DNA of 63,557 bases, filler included, from Bilabrum cf. latius (GCA_965178125.1; 3 parts of 3 records of this genome joined end to end with filler, not necessarily neighbours in it), one strand, 5' to 3'; numbered from the whole stretch's first letter, positions 19,514 to 31,140 are shown. Made by a program: numbers and translations. The notes: a model not told the origin generated them from the sequence alone.

Positions 19514-20420
19514 CGGGAGCCCTCTTGGGGCCCCCAAACAGCAAAACAAACCCCGGGGCCCGAAACTGTGTCGCCGCAACTTAAATTCCTTGTGTGGATC
19601 GGCCATTTTTGGCCAAATCTGGGGGGGTCCCCTTCCGGGCCCCCCCAAAACGCTCCAAAAAAAAAACACCACAACGTGGCGTTTTGCGTCTTTTTAGGGC
19701 GGTTTAGGGGCTCTAAAATCCACTACAACGTGCGTTTTGCGTCTCTTTGGGGCGATTTAGGGGCTCTAAAATCCACCACAACGTGGCGTTTTGCGTCTTT
19801 TTTGGGCGATTTAGGGGCTCTAAAATCCACCACAACGTGGCGTTTTGCGTCGTTTGGGGGCTGCCTGGGGCCCATTTTTTCCACCACAACCTCGCGTTTT
19901 GCCTTTTTGGGGCCGGGAGCCCTCTCGGGGCCCCCAAACCGCAAAAACAAACCGGGGCCCGAACTGTGTCGCCGCAACTTAAAGTCCTTGTGTGGATCGG
20001 CCATTTTTGGCCAAATCCTGGGGGGGGTCCCCTTCCGAGCCCCCGAAAACGCTCAAAGAAAAAACACCACAACGTGGCGTTTTGCGTCTTCTTTTTTGGG
20101 CGATTTAGGGGCTCTAAAATCCACTACAACGTGGCGTTTTGCGTCTTTTTTGGCGATTTAGGGGCTCTAAAATCCACCACCACGTGGCGTTTTGCGTCCT
20201 TTTTTGGGCGATTTAGGGGCTCTAAATCCACCACAACGTGGCGTTTTGCGTCGTTTGGGGGCTCCTTGGGGCCCATTTTTTCCACCACAACCTCGCGTTT
20301 TGCCCTTTTTGGGGCCGGGAGCCCTCTTGGGGGCCCCGAAACAGCCAAAAAAAGCGGGGTCCGAGCTGTGTCGCCGCAACTTAAATTCCTTGTGCGGATC
20401 GGCCATTTTTGGCGAAATCC
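19514..20420. repeat. Higher-order satellite: ~400-bp units containing ~51-bp TTTAGGG-bearing subrepeats
   Basis: CGGGAGCCCTC starts units at ~19514, ~19914 and ~20317. The subrepeat is GGCGATTTAGGGGCTCTAAAATCCACCACAACGTGGCGTTTTGCGTC. Confidence 0.9.
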
Positions 20421-23400
20421 CCGCATCTGCTCCTCACGCGCGGAACGTGTTTCGGTACGCAAAAAGCGGTCACATGGGAGGCCCGGAAAGCGTCCGGAAA
20501 ACGGTTCAGAAATAAGTACCGTCGTTTTCCGGGTCACCTTTTTCGGTCTCGAAATGGGAATCGGATTTGGGACAGGAATTGAAGCGGAGAACGGACCCCA
20601 AGGTGTTACCTCTTGCCTCCATACGATGCTAGGATCTCCAGGTTTCTCAGTTTTAGGCAGCACTCGAAGGGGAAGCTTCCGACGGCGCGCCTATGACATG
20701 CTGCCACCCATCACCGTGGTCATCTGGAGGACTCCGCACCATTCGGAAAACGGCTCGCCCGCCGTGAGTGAACCAGCGATCGCCGTGTGCATCAGTAGGA
20801 CCCCCGCACCATTCGGAAAACGGCTCGCCCGCCGTAAGTGAAATGGCGTCCCGAAGGACCCGTGCTCCTTTTGAAAAACGGCTCGCCCGCCGTGTGTCCG
20901 CCGTGAGTGAACCAGCGATCGCCGTGTGCATCAGTAGGACCCCCGCACCATTCGGAAAACGGCTCGCCCGCCGTAAGTGAAATGGCGTCCCGAAGGACCC
21001 GTGCTCCTTTTGAAAAACGGCTCGCCCGCCGTGTGTTCCCGAGATCCTCCAGCCACGCCACCAGTCAATGTTCTCGCTCGCCGTTACGTCATGGAGCCCC
21101 ACGAAGTCGTGCAGATGATCAGGGCGATACCGTGAGCATCCTCCTTCTCCGTCTTCTTGCCGCCGTCGTACAGCCTGGCCGCGACACGATCTTGATGCCA
21201 AAACTCGAGGTTTCGCCGGCGTGCTCGTGAACACCGCACAAGTCTTTGACGATGCCCTGCATCAACTGGTCCTGCACCGCACACTGCATGCACGATGGCA
21301 TCGCGGAGATGAATTTCTCCGCATTCCGGAGAAGCTCCATGGCCCGGTTGATGTCATCCAAGGCCTCGTCACGCGAAGGACTCTGACGCACGGCGTTGCT
21401 GCAGGAGGCGGCGCCTCCTGCAGGAGGCTCGTCGCGTGCGGGAGCACGAGCGTCGTTGTCGCCGTCACCGGTATTCGCGCCAGCTTTTGGCACCCAACGC
21501 TTCGCTTCACCCGCAGAGGAACGGACATCATGGAGACTCCAGCCACGCGCAACCAGGCACTTCGCGCACCAGTCCTCAGGGAAGAAATAGCGCAGGTTCT
21601 CCTTCTTCCGGCGGTTCTGGGGAAATCGGTACGCCGGATACTCGTTTTTGCAGTTCTTGCACCACACCCACCACGGCGTCGCGTTGTCGAACTTGTCGCA
21701 ACACACCCGGCAAACTGGTTGGATCCAGTCCTTCCACTTCTTGAAGTACGCCGACCGGGGCTTGCAGCACTGGCACGCGTTGCAAGTCCATGTCGCCTCC
21801 TCCGCCGGCTCCGGCGCGACCTGCCGCGGCACGTACGTCTCCCCCCATGACGACTTCGCAGGGGTCTCCCATAGATCCCAGCTATCAGCGCCAGAGACCG
21901 CCCCGGCAGTGTGCGCAAGATTCACACGCTGCGATGACAATGCCTCTGCCACGCCGCCACCCGCCTTCCAAGCGGCTGCGTCGGTCCATACGTCGTCATT
22001 ACCTCCGGGCACCACAGCACGTCCACCGCCGCGAGCATCCTCCTCCTCCGTCTTCTTGCCGCCGTCGTCTTCGGCGTCCTCCTTCGGCGCTGCCTTGCCG
22101 CTCTCCTCTCCGAGCATCCCCGTGGACGCCGCCTCCGCGCCGCCGCTCTCGATGTGGGAGCCGCCCGAATCATCGACGCTTGCCGCCGCGCCGGCGTGCT
22201 CCGCCGGGGCGTCGACCTCGCGCGCCAACATGCCGCCCTCGTTTCCCATATCACCGGCGCCTCGACGCCCACGAAGATTGCGGCCGTCTCCCAAGGAAAC
22301 AGCAATGCTCTCGGACGGTTTCTCCTCAGACATCATCGGCAAAGAGACTCGGAGAATGCCGTTCCCGCAGAGTGCGCTGCTGACTGCCGAAGCCGAAAGA
22401 GGACCCGCGGAGAAGGAATCTCGCACATGCTCCCAGGAAAAGCAACTCCCCGCCCATTCCGAATGCAAGAACGGACTCCCGCCCTTTCCGAGATCGAGAG
22501 CGCATCGCGGGCGCATTTCCCGACTCGCGATCGGCCTCGGAAACCGAGATCTCCCGGGCACCTTTCCCGACTCGCAGCCGGTCTCAGAGACGACCACGAA
22601 TCGGCACGACAAGTGCGCCCGATTTCGTCCCCCGAAAAAGGACACAACTAGGACCCCGCGGATCTCCGCCGGAAACTCGTTTTTGCAATTCTTGCACCTC
22701 ACCCACCACGGCGTCGCGTTGTCGAACTTGTCGCAACACACCCGGCAAACTGGTTGGATCCAGTCCTTCCACTTCTTGAAGTACTCTGACCGGGGCTTAG
22801 GCCCTGGCACGCGTTGCAAGTCCATGTCGCCTCCTCCGCCGGCTCCGGCGCGACCTGCCACGGCACGTACGGCTCCCCCCATGACGACTTCGCAGGCGTC
22901 TTCCATGAACCCCAGGTTCCGACATCCTTCCCGTCTGCCACGCCGCCACCCGCCTTCCAAGCGGCTGCGTCTGACCATACGTCGTACACGACATTCGGCC
23001 TGCTGCCGGCCCAAATGAAATCCTCCGCCACGCGACAACGATGCGACCTCTCGGAGTCCGTCATGCATACGTGGAAGTGCACCAGGTTTCCGGCGTGCTT
23101 GCGGTGCAGGGAGAGCTCCATTTTCGTCCCGCTGCCGCGCAAGGTCTGGGAAGAGCGTCCGCATGGCCGACATCATCCGGAGCAGGGCGTCCGCATGCTC
23201 GACATCATCCGGGGGATGTGCTCGAAGACCTTTTGGAACTCGCGGCTCACGAACGGATTGACGATGCTCTGCGTGCTTTCCGGGGGGATGTGCTCGAAGA
23301 CCTTCTGGAACTCGCGGCTCACGAACGGATTGACGACGCTCTGCGTGCTTTCCGGGGGGATGTGCTCGAAGACCTTTTGGAACTCGCGGCTCACGAACGG

Positions 23401-24560
23401 ATTGACGACGCTCTGCGTGCTTTCCGCGTACTTGATCATGTGCCTCATGGCTGGGCCGCCCGCAACATCGACGCTTGCCGCCGCGCCGGCGTGCTCCGCC
23501 GGGGCGTCGACCTCGCGCGCCAACATGCCGCCCTCGTTTCCCATATTACCGGCGCCTTGACGCCCACGAAGATTGCGGCCGTCTCCCAAGGAAACAGCAA
23601 TGCTCTCGGACGGTTTCTCCTCAGACATCATCGGCAAAGAGACTCGGAGAATGCCGTTCCCGCCTGCTTGACCCAACTGCAGGCCTGGCACTTGAGGTTG
23701 GTGATCACGGCCGACTGCTCCCCACCCAAATACCAGACCGTACGCGAGCGCAGCCTATGAGGAATCCACTGGCCCGACTTCCGGGGCACGACCATCGCCA
23801 AGAGCTTCGACTGCGGCGCGTCGATCTGCAACCTCGACCCGCAATCGCTGAGCGTAATGGCGTCGTCGAAGATCCACGTGCCGCCCCAAGCATGCCGCCT
23901 GCGCTGCTGCCGGGAGCTCGGGTTCGGTACCTAAAAGCCGTACACGACATTCGGCCTGCTGCCGGCCCAAATGAAATCCTCCGCCACGCGACAACGATGC
24001 GACCTCTCGGAGTCCGTCATGCATACGTGGAAGTGCACCAGGTTTCCGGCGTGCTTGCGGTGCAGGGAGAGCTCCATTTTCGTCCCGCTGCCGCGCAAGG
24101 TCTGGGAAGAGCGTCCGCATGGCCGACATCATCCGGAGCAGGGCGTCCGCATGCTCGACATCATCCGGGGGATGTGCTCGAAGACCTTTTGGAACTCGCG
24201 GCTCACGAACGGATTGACGATGCTCTGCGTGCTTTCCGGGGGATGTGCTCGAAGACCTTTTGGAACTCGCGGCTCACGAACGGATTGACGATGCTCTGCG
24301 TGCTTTCCGGGGGGATGTGCTCGAAGACCTTTTGGAACTCGCGGCTCACGAACGGATTGACGACGCTCTGCGTGCTTTCCGCGTACTTGATCATGTGCCT
24401 CATGGCTGGGCCGCCCGCAACATCGACGCTTGCCGCCGCGCCGGCGTGCTCCGCCGGGGCGTCGACCTCGGAAAGTGTTTCGGTACGCAAAAAGCGGTCA
24501 CATGGGAGGCCCGGAAAGCATGGCATCACCCTTGCCGTCCCCATCACTGCGTCGTGGGAT
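20421..24560 (-). mobile_element. Scrambled mosaic derivative of Element 1
   Basis: Concatenated pieces matching 7340-7434, 19420-19497, 9290-9315, 5930-7150, 9982-10120, 14395-14510 and 1488-1760, among others. 72-bp tandem arrays at 23211-23425 and 24167-24380. Confidence 0.85.
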
Positions 24561-25504
24561 GCTGCTCAAGATAACTCGGCGTCTGTTTAGTCGAGGGCTG
24601 TCTTGACTAGGAGTTTGGCGGTGAAATCCAGGAGTTCCGTCTGCATCGTCAGGCTCTTGCCTTTCTGTACCATATCAAGAGGAGAGGGAAGACATGCAAA
24701 ACCGACCCGCGACTAATTCTATCCTACGGCCAAGCCACCTGCGGCGTCCGCGCGACTGGGCGTGCACGAGAACCGGCGCACTGCACTGCTTGAAATGCCA
24801 CGCTCCCGAGCGAAGGGAGTACGTTGTTCTGCAGAACGCTCTAGTCTTGGTGCGCTTGCAGCGGCACTTATCGGTGCGCCGCGGGGAACGGCTCGCGTGG
24901 GATTCGGAGGCGTACCCGGCCCACGACGGGAGGAGTTCCCCAGTTACGTCTGGAGTGATTGGGGGACAAGGTGGGCATCAAGTCGGCGCCTCCTGAGCGT
25001 ATCACAGAGGATGACGAACCGCCCGCCCCGCTTCGATCCCGACCTCGAAGTGCACTCGAAATCAAGGCGGAACGCTGGAAATCCGCCCCGAAACCCTCCA
25101 TGTTTGTTGACAAGGACCCAGGCTGCGCTCCGACAAGCTGACAAACTTCGTCAGCCTCCGAAGGGTCTTCATTAAATATTCAACGCTTCCGGGGTCAATG
25201 AGGTAATGCACTACCAAAGAGCAGCTGGGCCGTGTGTCGTCCGAGATGACAAAGATCGTGGGCATCATCGATCCAGAGGGCGTCAAAGGCACGGACGACG
25301 CGGGCGACATTGACCCCGACGGGCTGGAGGTCCTGGACCGCGTCTGGACGCCCCATCCGGAAGTATTCCTAAGCGCTCCCGACGGACGAGACCTTCTCTG
25401 TCTGAAATCAGGCACCCAACCCTTCCGCACAAGGTGAAGAGAGAACGCCGACGGACAATATCCTCTCTTTTGCACATCGGGCATCCAACCCCTCCGCACA
25501 GGTG

Positions 25505-25730
25505 AGCAAGCGACGAGTTCCCTTCTCGCGACGTCCGGATCCATTTTGAAGCGTTGGAACAATTCGTGCACGAACTTACCATTGCCGACGAAATCCCGTA
25601 CGGCTCGGTAGTTGGTGTTGCAAAGCAGCGCACCAACTTTGGGCATCTGACAATAATGGAGCTCGAAGGCGCGGCGCTCCTGGGCTTTCGCTGCCCAACC
25701 GGAGCCGTACACGACATTCGGCCTGCTGTC
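25505..25730 (-). pseudogene. rep: Diverged rep fragment (motif III region)
   Basis: SRPNVVYGSG...ELHYCQMPKVGALLCNTNYR...FKMDPDVARRELVA matches 9780-10000, with substitutions and loss of one Tyr codon. Confidence 0.85.
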
Positions 25731-26264
25731 CGGCTCGCACGGTTTGTGGCGCAAAGAGGACGAATGCTCCAACCCGCCGCGCCTGGTAATGGTATGGACG
25801 AGCTGGGCGTCAGTGATCGTTCCTTTTTCCCGGACGCAACGGACCCGATGAAATTTTCGCGCGCTGAGCAGACCCCAAATTTACGATGAAGAAGCCCAAA
25901 TCCTGCGTCCATGAAGGCCTTGCGAGGCCGCCTGCTATTGGCAGTCGACGCTCCGGGATCCACTGCGCAATGCAGTTTTGCAGAGCGATGCAGTATGCGC
26001 GGGAAGACGGCAAAATGGATCCGTATCTTTGGGAAGAGGTCTGTGCATCGCACAGCTGCCGCACGGAGAGCTGCTTCCGTTCCACGGCTGGTGAGGGCCC
26101 GATGCTGCTCTACTCATGCCCCACGGCCACACACTAAGAGGAACGGATTGTGTCAGGATCCCGCCGCAGCATGGGTACGCGGATCTGCCTCCATAGGGAC
26201 GGACGGGAGGAGCTGCCGGCGGAGGGCGGGCGGGGGTCCGGCCAAGCCAAGCGGCCAGGTACTT

Positions 26265-26410
26265 CACGCTCTGCCCTATGGCGCTGGGTTCTGTGAGGCG
26301 GGGCCTATCTGTGATCCTCGGCTCTGTGAAGGTGCGAAGCGCTATTCACGATTCGACTTCGCCTTACTCCTGGATGAGGCGGCGGAGCTGCGTGCTGGGA
26401 TCTCTTCCTG
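26265..26410 (-). pseudogene. Diverged fragment of the 3' end and flank of the coiled-coil gene
   Basis: Colinear similarity to 12537-12680 (ACGCTCTGCCCT...TCGACTTCGCCT...GGCGGAGCTGCGTGCTG). Confidence 0.7.
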
Positions 26411-26702
26411 TGGCGTCCGAGCGCGATGGCGAGTGCACGCTTGGCCGTCATAGAGAAAGGCACGGCGAAGTACCACATCTTCGCCACCCACCACATTTCG
26501 CCAAGCACCACCTCGTTGGCAGGCTTCGGGAACGCGAAACGCACAAGTTCTCTTGGTTTCCGCGTTGAGTGTGCCTGACCACGAGCGTCCTTGGCGCCGT
26601 CAGCGTGCCTGCTCTCTGCGTTGATTCGGACGCGTACCCGGCTCGCGTGGGCATGGACCTCCCCAATCCGGCAGAACCGTGAGCTCCTGGCATCCCACCT
26701 CT

Positions 26703-26802
26703 NNNNNNNNNNNNNNNNNNNNNNNNNNNNNNNNNNNNNNNNNNNNTTAATTAATTAANNNNNNNNNNNNNNNNNNNNNNNNNNNNNNNNNNNNNNNNNN
26801 NN
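26703..26802. other. Artificial assembly gap/linker
   Basis: N44-TTAATTAATTAA-N44, exactly 100 bp. Confidence 0.98.
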
Positions 26803-27181
26803 TGCACACCCTCCACCATGCTCTGAAACATAGACTCTCTCTGCCGCGGAAACCTCGTGTGTGCATCAGGAAACTTATTTTGTGACGATGAACTTGTAAC
26901 CATGCGCATAGAAAAAGAAGTGATATGAACGGATGTTGGGGACATGCTGCCAAAAATGCCTCGGATCCGACTGCCTGCCGCAGGCCCTTGCCATGCAACA
27001 CCCAGATTCCGACACACTGGAAGCGGGCCAGGGAGACCAAGCTTTTTCACCGGACAGGCGCCACGAGTCCCCAACCCCGCACTGTGGCGCGCCCGAATTG
27101 AATGGGCGAGTTTCCCGCGCCGCGGGGCCACGACACCCCGGTGGGCTCGGCCACACCCGGGATGTTGACGGTGAGCTACGC

Positions 27182-27969
27182 TCACTGGCCCGCAAGATCC
27201 GCCTCATCCGAATCCGACTCCTCGGAGGAAGTTCCGAATGGGCCGGGCAGCTCCATGATCCAGGGGGCGGCAGCAGCCCAAAGATCCGCATCCATGGTCT
27301 TCAAACTTTGCCCCGCGCCGAGATCGCGCGACGTCTCATAGCACACCCTGTCGCCGCCCTCGTAAGGCGTCTCCAGCTCGAGCGTCATCTTCACGGCTCC
27401 TCGGAGATGCCCGGACTGTATGGCTTCGAGAACCATATTTTTCGGCGACTTGCTCTTCATGATGCAATCACGGCATCGAGCACCTCCTTTTTTCCCCCGC
27501 GGCCTCGGGTCCTCGGATGCGATGGCGCGGCGGACGCGGCGACGCACACGACTCAAGGCGGGATTGTTGAAAGCCGCGATGGACTTCTGGACGCCGCACA
27601 TCTCGCAGCTGACGTCCGAAAGCGCCCAATCGTCAAAAAGGGACTCATACCAGGAATCCTCTGATCCGTGCTTTTGCGGCCTGCGGACGAGCCGGCATGC
27701 GGGATGCAGAGAGGTCGCTGCCAAGTCCCAAACGACCCTGCCATCGCTGCCTGCAGGATGCAGGCCGGCGCCCGGACCGGCCCGGGCCCGGGCCCGGGCC
27801 CGGGCCCCGGGCCCGGGCCCCGGGCCCCGGGCCCCGGCCCGGCCCGGGCCCGGCCCCCGGCCCCGGCCCCGGGAACGGCCGGCCTGGCCCGGCCCCGGAC
27901 CTGGCCCGGGCGCAGCCCGGGGGCATTCGGCTGGCCCTTCTGCGAACCTTCTCCGCTGCCCGAAGCCAT
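27182..27969 (-). CDS. Conserved element zinc-finger protein; predicted join(27969-27948, 27750-27182)
   Basis: Homologous to 8060-8911. An AAG|GT...CAG|G intron at 27751-27947, which contains the GGGCCC tract, joins the ATG at 27969 in frame. Confidence 0.65.
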
Positions 27970-28606
27970 GGCAGCCTCGAGGACACGCAGGTCAGTGACT
28001 GGCGGCAGCGGTGGGCCCGGCCACTTCCGCTCAGTGCTGCTCGCAAATGCGCTTCGGACACAAGGACAATCGGGAAAATGCATGTACCGGGGCATCCCTG
28101 GCGCACTGAAGCACTGAATGCCGGCTTGGAAACACTGTGACCCGGCAAGGGGTTTTGCTGTGGCATCCTGTGAACCTCATCCCAGACTGGTGCGGGGCGG
28201 CTTTTGCTCCTAGTTCCGGTCCCCATTTCCGGGGCCGGAAAACGGCCCCAAAACAAGCACGAAAAAAACCGAAACTGACTGTGCGGATCGCTCTTTTTCG
28301 GCACGTTTTCTGGGCCGGAAAACGGCCCCGGAAACGGGGACCCGACTTCCAAGCATCTCGGGCGTCGGATCCAAGCCAAATTTCGTCTCGCACAGGAGGC
28401 GGTTTTCATCACCGGGCGCCACCACCGGCTACAACCTCGCCCACTCACTGAGCCGCCCACACACAGCAACAGCGAACCGGGACGAGAGAGATGAGAGACG
28501 AGAAAGAGAGCGACAGAAACAAGGACAGATGAGAGAAGAGCGAAGAGACGAAGAGAGAGGAGGAAAGAGATCGGAGAGACAAGAGGCGAGGCAGGAGAGA
28601 CTGGAC

Positions 28607-28748
28607 GCCCGCCCACCCGCCCGCCCGCCCGCCCGCCCCGCCCGCCCGCCCGCCCGCCCGCCCGCCCGCCCGCCCGCCCGCCCGCCCGCCCGCCCGCCCG
28701 CCCGCCCGCCCGCCCGCCCGCCCGCCCGCCCGCCCGCCCGCCCGCCCG
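28607..28748. repeat. (CCCG)n microsatellite; second copy at 43267-43408
   Basis: Direct reading. It is preceded by a GA-rich tract at ~28480-28600. Confidence 0.95.
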
Positions 28749-28919
28749 CGCCAGCGCCCCGTGCCTCCTGGGGCTAAATGATTGGGTTCACCAGACTTTT
28801 TGCTGCTACTTTCAGGAATTGACAACTGCTGCAGTCCGCATGATTCACCTCAAAAGATGTGGTGCTTTGCGCGCGCGTGATCCTGCCGCAACTTCCCCTT
28901 CCGTAAGTATGCCCGGACT

Positions 28920-30365
28920 GGGCCCGGCCCGGCCCCAGGCCCGGCCCGGGCCCGGGCCCGGGCCCGGCCCGGGCCCGGGCCCCGGCCCGGGCCCCGGCCC
29001 GGGCGCAGGCCCAGGCCCGGGCCCGGGCTCGGGCCGGGGCTGGGCCCGGGCCGGGCCCGGGCCCGGGCCCCGCCCGGGCCCAGGCCCGGGGCCCGGGCCC
29101 GGGCCCGGGCCGGGCCCGGGCCCGGCCCGGGCCCAGCCCCGGCCCGAGCCCGGGCCCGGGCCTGGGCCTGCGCCCGGGCCGGGGCCCGGGCCCGGCCCGG
29201 GCCCGGGCCCGACCCGGTCTCGGGCCCGGCCAGGGCCCGGCCCGGGCCCGGGCCCGGGCCCGGGCCCGGGCCCGGGCCCCAGCCCGGGCGCAGGCCCAGG
29301 CCCGGGCCCGGGCTCGGGCCGGGGCTGGGCCCGGGCCGGGCCCGGGCCCGGGCCCGGGCCCCGCCCGGGCCCGGGCCCGGGCCCGGGCCCGGGCCCGGGC
29401 CCGGGCCCGGGCCCGGGCCCGGGCCGGGCCCGCCGCGCCCGGCCGGGCCCAGCCCCGGCCCGAGCCCGGGCCCGGGCCTGGGCCTGCGCCCGGGCCGGCG
29501 CCCGGGCCCGGCCCGGGCCCGGGCCCGGCCCGGTCCCGGGCCCGGCCAGGGCCCGGCCCGGGCCCGGGCCCGGGCCCGGCCGGGGCCCGGGCCCGGGCCC
29601 GGCCTGGGCCCGGGCCCGGGCCAGGGCCCGGGCCTGGGCCCGGGCCCGGGCCCGGCCCGGGCCCGAACCCGGGCCCGGGCCTGGGCCCGGGCCCGGGCCT
29701 GGGCCCGGCCCGGCCCGGGCCCGGGCCCGGCCCGGGCCCGGGCCCGAGCCCGGCCCGATTAGGTTCACCAAACATTCTGCTGCAACGTTCAGGAACTGAC
29801 AGCTCCTGCAGTCCGCAGTATTCACCTCACATCATCGGTGCAAGAATGTCGATCAAGTGCCTTGCGCGCGTATGATCGTTCCGCAGGTTCACCGACGGAA
29901 GCCTTCTTACGAGTTCTCGTTCCTCCAACTGAGTATGGTCGCCACGCCTTCTGCTGCACTTTTCACGAACTGACAATTGCTGCAGTCCGCACTCTTCACC
30001 GGCTCACATTATCGGTAGGAGCGACGGGCGGCGTGTGCAAAACGCAATCAGCACGAGCGGGCCCGGCCCGGGCCCGGGCCCGGCTCGAGCCCGGGCCCGG
30101 GTCCGGGCCCGGGCCCGGGCCCGGGCGCGGGCCCGGGCCCGGGCCCCGGGCCCGGGCCCGGCCCGGGCCCGGGCCCGGCCCGGGCCCGGCCTGGGCCCGG
30201 GCCCGGGCCAGGCCCGGGCCCGGGCCCGGGCCCGGACCCGGGCCTGGGCCCGGGCCCGGGCCCGGGCCCGGGCCCGGGCCCGGGCCCGGGCCCGGGCCCG
30301 GGCCCGGGCCCGGCCCGGGCCCGGGCCCGGCCCGAGCCCGGGCCCGGGCCTGGGCCCGGGCCCGG
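28920..30365. repeat. (GGGCCC)n self-complementary microsatellite tracts (28920-29757 and 30058-30365); repeated at +14,660
   Basis: Direct reading. Further tracts at ~27775-27900, 31170-31440 and 33980-34280. Confidence 0.95.
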
Positions 30366-30902
30366 ACATCTCACATCATGGGCGCAAGAATGTCGATCAA
30401 GTGCTTCGCGCGCGTATGATCCTTCCGCTGGCCCGGCCCGGGCCCGAGCGCGCGGTGCGCGCCCACCGGGCCTCAGCGCGCGCCGCCAGCGCGCGCGACG
30501 CACGCGCGCGCGGAGCGCCCGCGCGCGCGGGGGCCCCGGCCCGCGGCCGGGGCTCCGGGGCCCCGGCCCGCGCCGCACCCCGCCCGCCCCGACCCGGGTG
30601 GGCCCAGCCACTCCCCGGCTCCTCCCGGGTGGGCCCGGCCACTCCCCGGCCGGACGCCCGCATCCGACCCCCTGCCCCCCCACCCCCCCTAAAATTCGAG
30701 AAGGCGAAACACTTCCCTTAGGATCTACTCGAGGAGGCGTGCACCTGGCTGCTTCTCGCGTGGCGTTTTTTCCCGGCCGCGGCGCTCCCGCGGCGTTTTT
30801 TGGTGCTTTCCCCCATACTGTCGTGCGATTTCGTGCCGTTTTTTTCTGGCTTTCCCCCATATTGTCGTGCGATTTTGGCCTTTTTTCCTCCTAAGCCTGC
30901 CC

Positions 30903-31140
30903 GGTTCGGAGTCGGGGGCTGTTTACCTTTAAAAAATTTTAATAGTTAGAGCGCCCCGCAACTCCGAATCGTAGGGGTAGTTCGGAGTCGGCTCGGAGTC
31001 ACTCGGAGTCGCTACCCCTCTAGCTCGGAGTCCGATTTGGGGGTCCAAAACTGGGCTTTTTTGCCACTTTCAGAAAAAAAAACCCAAGCGAAAACGCGTT
31101 TTTTTGGCTCAAAAATCGCAAAAAAATGGGGAAAATGGAC
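30903..31140 (-). promoter_or_regulatory. Putative rolling-circle origin of Element 2
   Basis: Imperfect stem TTCGGAGTCGGGGGC (30905-30919) / GCGCCCCGCAACTCCGAA (30951-30968) around an AT-rich loop that reads AACTATTAA on the minus strand (30947-30939). TCGGAGTC iterons at ~30906, 30982, 30993, 31003 and 31025. Confidence 0.6.

Larger units (their letters stand above)
688..20420 (-). mobile_element. Element 1: large element encoding Rep (HUH+SF3) and a pogo-type DDE transposase; boundaries approximate
   Basis: Rep, transposase, zinc-finger, coiled-coil and glycosyltransferase genes are all on the minus strand, with origin hairpins and a terminal satellite. The equivalent gene set recurs in the 14.66-kb unit, and derivative copies occur elsewhere in the window. 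Confidence 0.7.

Noticed and set aside
19598-19620. Dinoflagellate spliced-leader relic (GCCATTTTTGGCCAA; also TTTTGGCTCAA near 31102)
   Set aside because: The matches are partial, lie inside palindromic or homopolymer-rich repeats, and are not positioned at gene starts.
19660-20260. CRISPR array or true telomere
   Set aside because: The units are contiguous with no unique spacers, no cas genes are present, and TTTAGGG is never tandem.
26703-26802. TTAATTAATTAA as a piggyBac-type TTAA target site or biological palindrome (also 53342-53441)
   Set aside because: It is centred in symmetrical N runs totalling exactly 100 bp at both places, so it is an artificial contig linker.
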